Assembly (NCBI GenBank): GCA_020536535.1
Contig: JAHLWZ010000750.1
Coordinates: forward strand, 1 to 57,728
Direction: 5' to 3'
Source of the DNA: Pelomyxa schiedti
Taxonomy: Eukaryota; Protista; Evosea
DNA: 57,728 nt
Shown here: in pieces, positions 35,938 to 46,692 of the stretch
Numbering within the stretch: the first letter of the stretch is position 1
How the letters are laid out: each line of letters begins with the position of its first letter
Program-made: the position numbers and the translations under genes
Notes under the pieces: model-generated
The model's input: the letters and a program-made list of their open reading frames with translations, nothing else
Database searches by the model: none
What the model was told of the DNA's origin: nothing

Positions 35938-36113
35938 GAATTCGTTTTTGGTTTGGCCTTCTCGGAAGTGATGAAAAAGAGTTTCTTTCATGGTTTTTAC
36001 AGGTCAGGGGTAAGAGATGTGCGCAAGACTGGGAATAACAACAGGTTAACACAAATTGTGGGAGTGGATTGGGGATTGGGGTACTTTGTTATGGCGGTAG
36101 TGGTGACAAGATG

Positions 36114-36757
36114 TCAGAGAGCGAACCCATAATTGAAAGGCTTGCCGGTCCTGGCCAATGTCTCAAGTACCTTGACCTGCTTGGTAGCCACGTCGAGGTT
36201 GATCGAGATGACCTTATGGGTGTGCTTGAGGCAGAAAAGCAACGTGGTGCCGTCCCAGATATTGATGGTCCCATCCTCAAGTGGAAGACTCACGCGGTCA
36301 TACGAGTTGTTGCGCAGCTTGGTCAGGAATAGCTCCGCTATTCGTGCACGGGGGTCCCGCACACTGTAATTATGGGATGGCGGTTAGCGATGATGTCTAG
36401 TGTATTTTATTTTTGTTGATTGGGCGCATTTGTATTTGGTAGTTGCTATTATGCGACATAGGGTCAGATAGGGAGTTTGTTTACCTCTGGTTAATTCATG
36501 AGAAGGAGTTTATTACTACTAGGTCTTGAGTTACATATTACGCTAGTGCATATAGAATATTAGGTGATAATGAGAGTACTATTTGTTGTTGTCGGGTGTG
36601 ATGGTCGTCCGGCATACGTTGCGAGATGAGTGACGGCCCTCCGTATGTGACTAACAGTGATGCCGCCCTCACACCTCATCATGGGACCGAACTCAGGGTC
36701 GAGGAGCTTGTCCTCCCTGAGGTAGTGCTTGTCCATCCCTCCCCCAACGTCCACCAT
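36114..36757 (-). CDS. Hypothetical protein (at least two exons, start uncertain)
   Basis: Two coding-like ORF segments (36560-36757 and 36114-36362) separated by AT-rich intron-like DNA. No recognisable motif. Confidence 0.4.
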
Positions 36758-37408
36758 TTTCTTCCGATTACTTGTAGTATTTTATACTTTGTGTTATGCT
36801 GTTGTTGTTGTAGTAGGTGTCGCAGCGACGATTCGGCTGGCCGCAGCACCTAGACGGGGTTTAATTTTTTTTTTAATTGGGGTCTGCTTCTTTCCTTCTT
36901 TGATCTTGTTTTTCCGGAGAAAGGAAGAACACCTAAATACAGGAATTAGAAATTAAAGCAAGAAAAACAGAAATCAAAAAGTAAACCACCGACAACAAGG
37001 GGCGAGACACGCACGCACACGTGTGACCGGGGTTGCTGTTGTTGTGTGACGACGACGGAGGAATAGTTGCCGGTATCCGCGACACACGCGTCGTGCTTGA
37101 ATTGATTCAAATCTACAGCGTCGGCGTCGTTGTTGTGTGTCATTGCGGATAAATTTGCCTGTTTTTGTGTTGAATATTTTGAGTCACCATTACTTAACGA
37201 TGAAAATGACAGGAGTTCTTCCTTTTTTTTTTTGTTTGTCCTCCACTGCTTGTCAAAGTAAACGACTCGAGGTGTACTCCCTACACTGTATGCTCTTTTT
37301 GTAGTTAAAATTATGTTCATCCTTAACCTCTGCAACAGGGAAGGAAACGCTGCAATTTTTTGCCACAAGGTATCACAAAACTTCTACCATAAGCGCTTGT
37401 GAATAAAT

Positions 37409-38769
37409 ATGTCGGCCGCATCACGGTTCCTCACAAAACAACTAAAAGGTTGGGCTTGTTCCTAGCCAACACAACATTTAAAAACCCCTNNNNNNNNNNN
37501 NNNNNNNNNNNNNNNNNNNNNNNNNNNNNNNNNNNNNNNNNNNNNNNNNNNNNNNNNNNNNNNNNNNNNNNNNNNNNNNNNNNNNNNNNGGTATCACAAA
37601 ACTTCTACCATAAGCGCTTGTGAATAAATATGTCGGCCGCATCACGGTTCCTCACAAAACAACTAAAAGGTTGGGCTTGTTCCTAGCCAACACAACATTT
37701 AAAAACCCCTAGATCTTGCGAAGGACCCTGTTGAGGGATTTTGTGTTGAAGTCATAAATGACAACTTATTTGAGTGGAGGGTAAAACCTTGTTCTATTAT
37801 GTTGTGTAACCTTTTTCCTGCAGATATGGCTTGAAGGCCCATCTGAAACTGTGTATGAAGGAGCTGTGTATGAGTTAAAAATGACGTATCCTGCTGATTA
37901 TCCAATGATGCCCCCAAAGTTGAAATTCGTAAGCGAGTTCTGGCACCCCAACGGTACCCACAGTAAACTACTAACGAACTTCCAATGTTAATCCCCCTCC
38001 AGTGTACAAAGACGGAAAAGTTTGCATTTCCATTCTCCATCCTCCTGGAGAAGATGCCATGAGCGGTGAACTCGCCTCTGAGCGTTGGTTACCCACGCAG
38101 AATGTATCCTCGATTATACTTAGCGTAGTGTCTATGCTCGCTGCACCAAACTTCTCTTCGCCAGCTAATGTTGATGCCTCAGTGGAATGGCGGAATAGAC
38201 CAGACTTGTTTGAAGCAAGAGTCAAAAAACTTGTGGCCAAAGCCAACGCCGCCAAGCCCAAAGGATTGGTCATACCACACCCTGAGACTAACCCCGAAGA
38301 AAAAAGGCGGAATGTTGGTACGTTTCCTTCAATATCTTTCCCGGCATTAAATAGCCTTTAGAAAAACTGAAAGAGATGGCGAAGCCCATTGATGACACTG
38401 ACCTCGTCTATGATGGACCCGGAGATGTCGATAGCGATGGCGACAGTGATGATGACAGTGACGACATCATTGTCCCCGATGTGAAAATAGAAGAGCTGGA
38501 TAGTAAAACCACTGCCCCCACAACTTCAACAACTGAAACAACCACAACCACCACAATCGACAAAGGGAAAGAGCCTGCCGACAAGCCGGTTATAGAAACA
38601 GCCTCAACCACAAAAACCTACGCCGAGGATCCTACACCAACGGTACGCCTTCTCACTTCAATCAACTACTCACCCGTGACCAATATATAAATTCCAGAAG
38701 ACCAGCGGAAAAGTTCAAGAGGATCCCGCAAAGAAACCAAAGAAAAAAGGCAAGTGCCTTATCCTGTAA
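37409..38769 (+). CDS. Ubiquitin-conjugating enzyme E2, Cdc34/Ubc7 class (acidic loop), with acidic tail and C-terminal CaaX
   Basis: Spliced: MSAASRFLTKQLK|DLAKDPVEGF..NLFEWR|IWLEGPSETVYEG..YPADYP..PP..FWHPN|VYKDGKVCISILHPPGEDAMSGELASERWLPTQ..SPANVDA. Last exon KTSGKVQEDPAKKPKKKGKCLIL*. The first exon is duplicated at 37630 by the gap artefact. Confidence 0.9.
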
Positions 38770-39400
38770 TTGCCCCATACAACAACACCCACACCAAAAC
38801 CGGCTTGTAGTATATTCTTAATAACACTACTCTGTTTCTTTCTTTCTATCCATTTATCCACCATATGCGCTTCCCGGTATTGATATCAATCCCATTTCAC
38901 TATCACATCACATAACCTCAGGTATATCTGCAATCTCCATCGACGAAGTAGCCCGTCGACTTTGTGCAGTTTTCTCACTGTGAACCTGTCAACAATCAAA
39001 CGAAACTCAAGAGAGATCTGGAGCGATCTGGTATCTGCGCTGATGTTGTACCAACCTTACGTTACAGACATTGGCCCCAGAGAATGGAGTGCACGTCGCC
39101 TGTGGTCAAAATCGCAAATTCTGTGCACTGGATCCAGATGTTGCTTGGAAGTCGCGGTTGATACTGCCGGATATAGGCATATCTCCGAAACTTTTAAGAT
39201 AAGGCACCATTTTTTTACGGGGGACACGAAAGTACCTTTCGCGTGAAAAAGTTTTTGCTAACATCAACCGAAAAAGCCGAAACAGCACAGAGCCAGGAAC
39301 ATAACACAAAAAAAAATAAACAAAAGACAACACAGCACCGTGGTCCCGCCCCACCATTCCAACAACAAACAAAGCCAAACAACCACAACAAACAAAGCCT

Positions 39401-41819
39401 ATGGACTTATTATCCACACTCGGTGGGCTAGTCAACACCACAAGGACTCCCCCCACCTGTGACAAACAGCACGAGGAAGGCCCTTCGTACGTCGCTCTTG
39501 CTGAGTGGGTACTTGCAGCAGCCAGGACAATAGCAGCCACATCGCAGGACCGCAGCAGCGGAGCCTCCCCTAGCCTCAGGGCAGCCCCGTGCTCCTCAAC
39601 GTCGTCGCCGCTCAGGACGCCGAGATCCGCGTCCCCCAGCACCCCCCGCAACTGCCTCTTCAGGTCGTCGTCGTCGCCTCCTTCGTCGCCTACAAAAACC
39701 CCAAGAAAGACCGACGTTTCGTTCCTCCTCAACATCGGCGACGTTTCGGGGGCCGAGGACGAAGCTGCGTCGCCCGAAATCGCGCATCGCCTCGTGGACC
39801 AATCGGTCCAGAGATCAGCGAAAAGGCTCAGGGTCCAAAAAAGCAACCTCAGTCCCCACGGATCTGAAAAGTTGGGCGAAATTTCGATCCACGCAGGGCA
39901 ATTACGCCACCTTGATCAACTCCTGCCAAATCCAAAAAAAAAGAACTCAAACCATAAAGAAATACCCGATCCTCGAGATCCAGACGTGCCTCGCTCCGAT
40001 CATCACTCAAGCGGATCTGCGACAAAAGACGATACCACATCGGCTCAGATCGCAGCCCGATCGCAATATACGCAGCCAACCGGCGTCCTACAAGCAACAA
40101 CGGACCCAAGTCCCAAGGCCGTCGCGACCGACAATAAACCGACGACCTTTAGAACGCGAAGCGACGCGACCGTTAGTACGACAACGAACGACAAGGCACG
40201 AGAGCGACAACATAAACTGAGGCCAAAACAGGACCCCGAAGGCATGTACTCTCCACCTGAATGCGGTTTTGGAAGCGAAACGCTAGTTACCCCTATGGGC
40301 GGTGCCGGGATGTGCCCGACGATGATGGACCAGCTCGTTCAGCTGGACCCGGGTAGCTATACTGGAATGGTGCCGCCCCCTTGTACTTCCCCTTTCCTCC
40401 CTCTTCCGCCTCACCGCTTGGTGTCCCCAAGCGGGTCGCCTATGGACTGCCCTTCTCTTCCGCCGCCTCTTCCAACTCCAATTCCACCATCTATGATGAA
40501 CCCCGGAATGGTGATGCAACAAAAGATGGACAACAACTTCTTACAATCTTTACTTCTTTGGCAGCACCCGAATAACTCCACTCAGTTCAGCCAACCACAA
40601 ATACTTCAGTACCAACAACAGCAGCAGCTACTAGAGATGCTAGCAATCGAGCAGAGACAACAACAGCAAAGGCTCGTCCTGGAACACCAGTTACGACAAC
40701 TAGTCGCGGCTCAGCAACTTCAGCTCCTTGAGCAACTCCTTTTACAACAACAGCAGGAAAGGCAGCAGACCGAAGCCAATTACGGCCTCCTAATGGTGAA
40801 GAGGCAGCTGGAGCAAACACCACAGCAAGTGCAAAGCAGTACGCAAAACGAGCAACCGCAGGCGGTTCAACCCGTGGTACCGGAAATAAAACCCAAGGAG
40901 GAGGAACCGACAGCTCCTGATCACAGTCCCGACCAGAAACTAAAGGAAGAGACCCCACAGGCCCAAATCACCTCAGATCATGACTCTGTACAGGTGAAGG
41001 GGGAGGAACTCGTTGGAGATAACTTGATTTGCAGGAAGTTGCTTCTGCAGCTCCAACAAACCCCACCTCCACCTCCGCCTCTAGCACCATTCCATCCTAT
41101 TCCGTCTTCACCATCACTGATACTACATACGGAGGAACCCATAAAAACTCCACCAATCCAGTCCACTAAGGTTTAGTTTTAAATACCCAACACCCATTTA
41201 TAACGCCTCACAGGGCAACTCATCAAGGAGGAGGGCAAACACCGTGGATAAATCACAGTTGTATTGTCATTTCTGTGGTAGGAAGAGCACCCCCGAGTGG
41301 AGAAAGGGTCCAGATGGCCCCGCCACGTATGCACATAACTCCTTTCTTTACCAAGACTAACTGTAATCCCACAGTCTTTGCAATGCCTGCGGCCTCCAGT
41401 GGGCTAAGAAGTACCGGTCTTCGCTGGAATCTTCTGTCCCACCACCATGCAAGGCCTCCGGTGAAACTAGCCCGCCACGGCCAAAGCGCCGCCGCACCAG
41501 GTCCGCGGCATCCAGCACTTACAACACAACACCATCCCCTCCACAATCAACGGCGCCGGCAACAGCAACCACAATTCAGGCCCCGAACAGCAGTAACTCT
41601 GCAACTACCTCCGTACCCACAACCAAGCCAACAGACCAACAACATGCCTCGACACCCAGGGAATCGTCTCGATCCCTCCGGCTCATTGCGGAAGCAGCCA
41701 GTGACCTTATGAAACAAGAGGGACCGCCGGCGTCGTCTCCCCAGTCTTCGGACGAAAGTACATCGCCGACCACCAACAGCACCGCCGCTACTCAAGCCAC
41801 AACCACCAACAACGAATGA
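39401..41819 (+). CDS. GATA zinc-finger transcription factor with Q/P-rich region
   Basis: The long first exon (591-aa ORF) splices to CHFCGRKSTPEWRKGPDGPAT|LCNACGLQWAKK (C-x2-C-x18-C-x2-C GATA finger). TGA at 41817-41819. Confidence 0.88.
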
Positions 41820-41949
41820 ACATCCCAGGACTCATAACGCCCCAAGGCCAAATCAATGCACTCTTGTATTTGTAGAAAAACCACATCATCTTAAAGAAAA
41901 AACCATTTTTTTTACAAGGTACTTCTGTATAACTTCGAGTGACGGTAAC

Positions 41950-42727
41950 TCACTCTACGATAACAATTGGCACTGGGGGTTGTTCAGCGTCATAACTTGA
42001 GTGACTCCAGGGTGCGCAACAGTCTTTGTATTCCATCAAAACGGCTTGGTGCCATTTTGTGGTGAGACAGTCACCACAGTGCATACCTCTTGTCCTTCTG
42101 TGCAGCGACTTGAGGCGGTGTATGCTGACAATGAGGCCGGGCAGGGCGCAAAAGATGACAAATAAGTCCAGGAATCCACTGGCAAACTGAGCAAGTACCA
42201 CTCCGGAAGGCATGGCAACATCAGAAGACCACCAGGAAACAATATCCCTATCCATAAGCAGGGAGCACGTTCTGGGTATCCTCCAGGGGAAGAACAATAT
42301 TATGCACCAACTAAAAACACCAGGAATGCCGGCAAACACCTGTTTTCAGGAGTGAATAAAACGGAATCATCTAGATATTGTGTTACATACCAGCCACATG
42401 AATATTTTTTCTATTAAATAGCCTGTGGCAATCATGATTCCTCCGGCCAGTGTGTCACACTCCCGACACCGCCGCCGTGCAAAAACGGCCCAGTGCATAC
42501 AATTAAAAGGGTCCAGCAATGCAAATACAGCAGCAACGGGTATAGTAAACACCGCAAACAGCACAGTAGCGAGGGCTGCCAACGTAAAGCCAACGAAACT
42601 GCCACAGCATGGCCTCTATTATACACTCAGAAAACAAAGAAAGATTACAGCGCCCAAAAGCGACGTACGTCTTCTTTGTCCAGTCGTTGTTGTGTCAACC
42701 GCAACAGTTCCACACCACTTTCTTCAT
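41950..42727 (-). CDS. Multi-pass membrane protein of unknown function (three exons)
   Basis: MKKSGVELL...DKED|RPCCGSFVGFTLAALATVLFAVF...IFMWL|VFAGIPGVFSW... with several hydrophobic segments and GT-AG introns. Confidence 0.6.
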
Positions 42728-43007
42728 CTTTCCCCCTCTTCATTATCAATTAGCAATTCACGTAGTCTACACAACCCACATCTCCACACACAGCTGGTAA
42801 TTGTGATTAACCACGATAGATTAGATCTGCCGTTTCTTCCTCGCACAAACGACAATTGTTTGGCCGTCACGTTTCAATTTTTTTTTTCTCCTTTCTTCTG
42901 ATCAAGGGCTCTTTTTTTTCTTTTTTTTCTTTCTCTTTGACAGAACAGCCGGGGAAGTAATACGCCGCCGAGACCGGGGCATTAACTCGTCGTCATCATC
43001 GTCAACA

Positions 43008-44968
43008 ATGGTTTCACTGAAATTGCAGAAGAGGCTCGCCTCCAGCGTCCTCAAGTGCGGACGAAGAAAGGTCTGGCTCGATCCAAACGAAATCAACGAG
43101 ATCTCCCTCGCCAACTCCCGTACGTTCGTTGTTGTAGTAGTTGACGTATATAATTTATTCATTACGTTACGTTACGTTACGTGACGGCGTCGCGTTGGCG
43201 ATTTTTTTTTTTCCTGGGCACAGCAGTGCTCGCGATTTTTTTTGTGTACATTTCGTGGGTATTTTTTTGACTTTGTTTTAAAGGACAAAACATCCGGAAG
43301 TTGGTACGCGATGGTTTCATCATCAAGAAGCCCAACCTTATGCACTCTCGTGCCCGTGTTCGCAAGTAAATTTCCTTCTCTCACTAACTTTTCGAGTTAC
43401 GAAAATTTTTAATATCTCGTTACTACTAGGTTCAACGAGGCCAAGAAGAACGGCAGGCACACAGGCCCAGGAACGAGGAAGGGTTCCAAGGAGGCTCGAT
43501 TGCCAACCAAGGTCATGTGGATGAGGCGCATCAGGATTCTCAGGCGACTTCTTCGCAAGTACAGGAACTTCAGGAAGATTAACCACAAACTGTGAGTTGC
43601 ACCTTTCCTTGTACTTTGTTTTTCGACTTGGAACTTAACCTTCTTGGGCAGGTACAAGGATCTGTACTTGAAGGCCAAGGGTAACGTGTTCAAGAGCAAG
43701 CGCCATCTTATGGAGCACATTTGGAAGGCCAAGGCAGAGGCTGTTCGCGAGCACGTCGTCGCTCAGGAGGCTGAGGCTGAACGCAGACGCGTCAAGGAGG
43801 CTGCCGAGAAGAGGACCGCTCAGAGGAAGCAGACCGAGAAACTCATCGCTGAAGGCAAACTCCCAGGCATGATGGTTGTTGATATTGCTGCGGAGAAGAA
43901 GAAGCAGAAGGAGATCATGATGAAGAAGGGTCTCAAGGCTGCAATTAAGGCTGTTAAGGGGGAGATAAAGGCTACCCCTGAGCCCAAGAAGGCCAAGAAG
44001 GCAGAGCCTAAGCCAGCCGAAAAGAAGCCCGTGAAGGCTGAGAAACCGGCCAAGAAGGACGAGAGCAAGCGCAAGGCAGAACCAGTCAAGAAGACCGAAG
44101 CTGCCAAGAAACCCAAGGCAGCAGAGCCCGCCAAGAAGCCCGCAGAGAAGAAGGCCGTTGCTGCCAAGAAGCCAGCAGCTGCTAAGCCCGCNNNNNNNNN
44201 NNNNNNNNNNNNNNNNNNNNNNNNNNNNNNNNNNNNNNNNNNNNNNNNNNNNNNNNNNNNNNNNNNNNNNNNNNNNNNNNNNNNNNNNNNNGCAAGGCAG
44301 AACCAGTCAAGAAGACCGAAGCTGCCAAGAAACCCAAGGCAGCAGAGCCCGCCAAGAAGCCCGCAGAGAAGAAGGCCGTTGCTGCCAAGAAGCCAGCAGC
44401 TGCTAAGCCCGCAGCAGAGAAGAAGCCCGCAGCAGAGAAGAAGCCCGCAGCAGAGAAGAAGCCCGCAGCAGAGAAGAAGCCCGCCGCGGAGAAGAAGCCC
44501 GCCGCGGAGAAGAAACCAGCTGCCGAGAAGAAGCCCGCTGCAGAGAAGAAGCCAGCGGCTGAGAAGAAACCAGCCGCCGAGAAGAAGCCCGCAGCTGCAA
44601 AGAAACCAGCAGCCGAAAAGAAGCCCGCTGCAGAGAAGCCAGCAGCAAAGAAACCAGCCGAGAAACCCACTGAGAAGAAGCCAGCAGCCGAGAAGAAACC
44701 AGCTGAGAAGCCAGCAGCCAAGCCCGCTGCCGAGAAGCCCGCCGCCAAGAAACCAGCCGAGAAACCCGCTGAGAAGCCCGCCGCCAAGCCAGCAACCAAG
44801 CCCGCAGAGAAACCAGCCGAGAAGCCCGCCGCCAAGCCCGCAGAGAAGAAGCCCGCTGCCGAGAAGAAACCAGCTGAGAAGCCCGCCGCCAAGCCCGCTG
44901 CCGAGAAGAAACCAGCAGCTGAGAAGAAGCCCGCGGAAAAGAAACCAGCCGATCCCAAGAAGTCTTAA
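43008..44968 (+). CDS. RPL19: 60S ribosomal protein L19 (eL19) with long Ala/Lys/Pro/Glu-rich C-terminal extension
   Basis: [38 protein letters not shown]|[16 protein letters not shown]...[35 protein letters not shown]..|[23 protein letters not shown]. Three introns. Confidence 0.95.
44405..44950 (+). repeat. Coding tandem repeat (mostly 18-bp unit, AAEKKP)
   Basis: Repeated gcagcagagaagaagccc-type units with synonymous variation. Confidence 0.9.
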
Positions 44969-45077
44969 AACTGAGATTACACTTTTTCTCCCAGTGTTGC
45001 TTCTATGTTTTCTTCACAATAGGGCGTTGTTTTTGGGAGGGAAAGAAATTGCACCAAGCCAAAACTCAAAAAAAATT

Positions 45078-45148
45078 GGGCTCTGCCCGGAATCGAACCG
45101 GGGTCACTTGTACCCGAAACAAGTATTCTGCCACTAAACAACAGAGCC
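45078..45148 (-). tRNA. trnP: tRNA-Pro(CGG)
   Basis: Reverse complement GGCTCTG..CTTGT-TTCGGGT-ACAAG..CCCGG-TTCGATT-CCGGG-CAGAGCC-C folds as a cloverleaf. A T8 run follows (A-run at 45068-45075). Confidence 0.93.
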
Positions 45149-45271
45149 TTTTCAGAAGAGAAAGCACCGTACACTTCAATTTATGGTTCGGGGGGGACTG
45201 TTTCTCCTTTTTTTTTCTCGTTTTAGTAGGAGATATTTATATTATAATGACCTAGGAGGCGTCAGCAGGTG

Positions 45272-45342
45272 GCGGGTGTAGTTTAGAGGTAGAACTTCAG
45301 ATTGTGGCTCTGAAAACCCTGGTTCGATTCCAGGCACCCGCA
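45272..45342 (+). tRNA. trnH: tRNA-His(GTG)
   Basis: GCGGGTG/CACCCGC acceptor stem, TCAGA-TTGTGGC-TCTGA anticodon arm, CCTGG-TTCGATT-CCAGG T arm, discriminator A. Confidence 0.93.
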
Positions 45343-45350
45343 GAATTCTG

Positions 45351-45366
45351 TTTTTTTTTTTTTTTT
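45351..45366 (+). terminator. Pol III oligo-T terminator of tRNA-His
   Basis: Long T run starting 9 nt after the tRNA 3' end. Confidence 0.7.
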
Positions 45367-46692
45367 GTTGCAAGCAGTTTCATTCCTGTTAAGTCGAACA
45401 AGGTACTTTTTTCCTACGAAAATCAAAACACCAACAGACACGGACATAGTGGGATACTAGCACTCGTAGGCGGTGTTGTTTACATTACAAGATGGGTTGT
45501 TTGGTTACTTTATAGCTTGTTGCCAACCCATCATCTCCGTACGTAGCCTTTTTTGGTACGCCTCCACCACCGTATTACTTTCAATACGTATTGACATTAC
45601 GTTACGATTCTTCGTTTATGAATACATTTAACCGTAACTTATTGGGGGTACACGGGTATCATCAGGGTGTTTGCTTGTGTTGGATACAAGTTGATCGGAT
45701 TCAGTAGTAGGATACTGGCTGATCCGGACTTCATTCGGTGGTGCCTTTTGTTACCGGTGGTGTTGAATATCGATTGACTATTGATACTAGCGGAATGCTG
45801 AAAGTTGGCCCACAACCAGAACTTGTGAGTTTCTGAATATGATTAGGAACACTGCGCAGTTGAGCAAACAGGTTGTGTGTGTTTAAATCGGAATATTTTC
45901 AGTCTTCATATTGTTAATATTCATTTTACTGGTTAAAATAATAAATTTAGTTATTGGAATGTGTTTAGGCTGGGAATGACATAGACAGAAAAGTGAGAAG
46001 CATTACATTTACTAAAGGCTTTGGTGGTGACTGTGGAATTCGTGTGGTCGCTACAATTCGCCGTGGAAAACAATTAATAAATTTTAGTACCTTTGTTATG
46101 TGGCATTGACTTGCCAAAAGTTAGCTATTTCAAGATTATAAGGAAATAAAAAAAAATAAATGTCACAGTATCTTTGGTGATTCGTTGTTCTGGGCCTCGT
46201 GTGTAGGGCCCTATTTATGATACTGCGAATTACGTCAAGCCCCCGCCCTATTTTTACCGCCCCGAGCGGTAATATTCCCTTTTCATTATGAAACTGGCAC
46301 TAATAGACTGAATGCCTCGGAGTTTCCCTATATAATCTATCCCTTTTTAAACGATTCAACAAAAACTTAATTTCCGAAAAAGAACGAAAAATTCTGGCCA
46401 AGTACCCAAGAACAAAAAATTGTCGCGTCGGCACCCCCGCATTTTTGACGCTCATAGACCACGCCATTTTCCACGCGTTTTATGATCACGATCGAACGCG
46501 ATATTTTTTTTGTTGCTAACTCTATGTCTAATGGCCAGAATTCGCCAACTTTGGGGGTGGGAATCTCTCTATAAAAAAACTGGCACTGTAGAGTTTTCGC
46601 GAGAATAGCTATCTGCAGCATCTTCATCATCCAAGTTTGTTTTTTTTTGTCATTCAGTCAACCCTGTCATAGTGTTATTGAAAACATAGAGA

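Noticed and set aside
44182-44958. Minus-strand 'AAGFFS' repeat ORF / CRISPR-like periodicity
   Set aside because: This is the antisense shadow of the eL19 AAEKKP coding repeat. It has no unique spacers.
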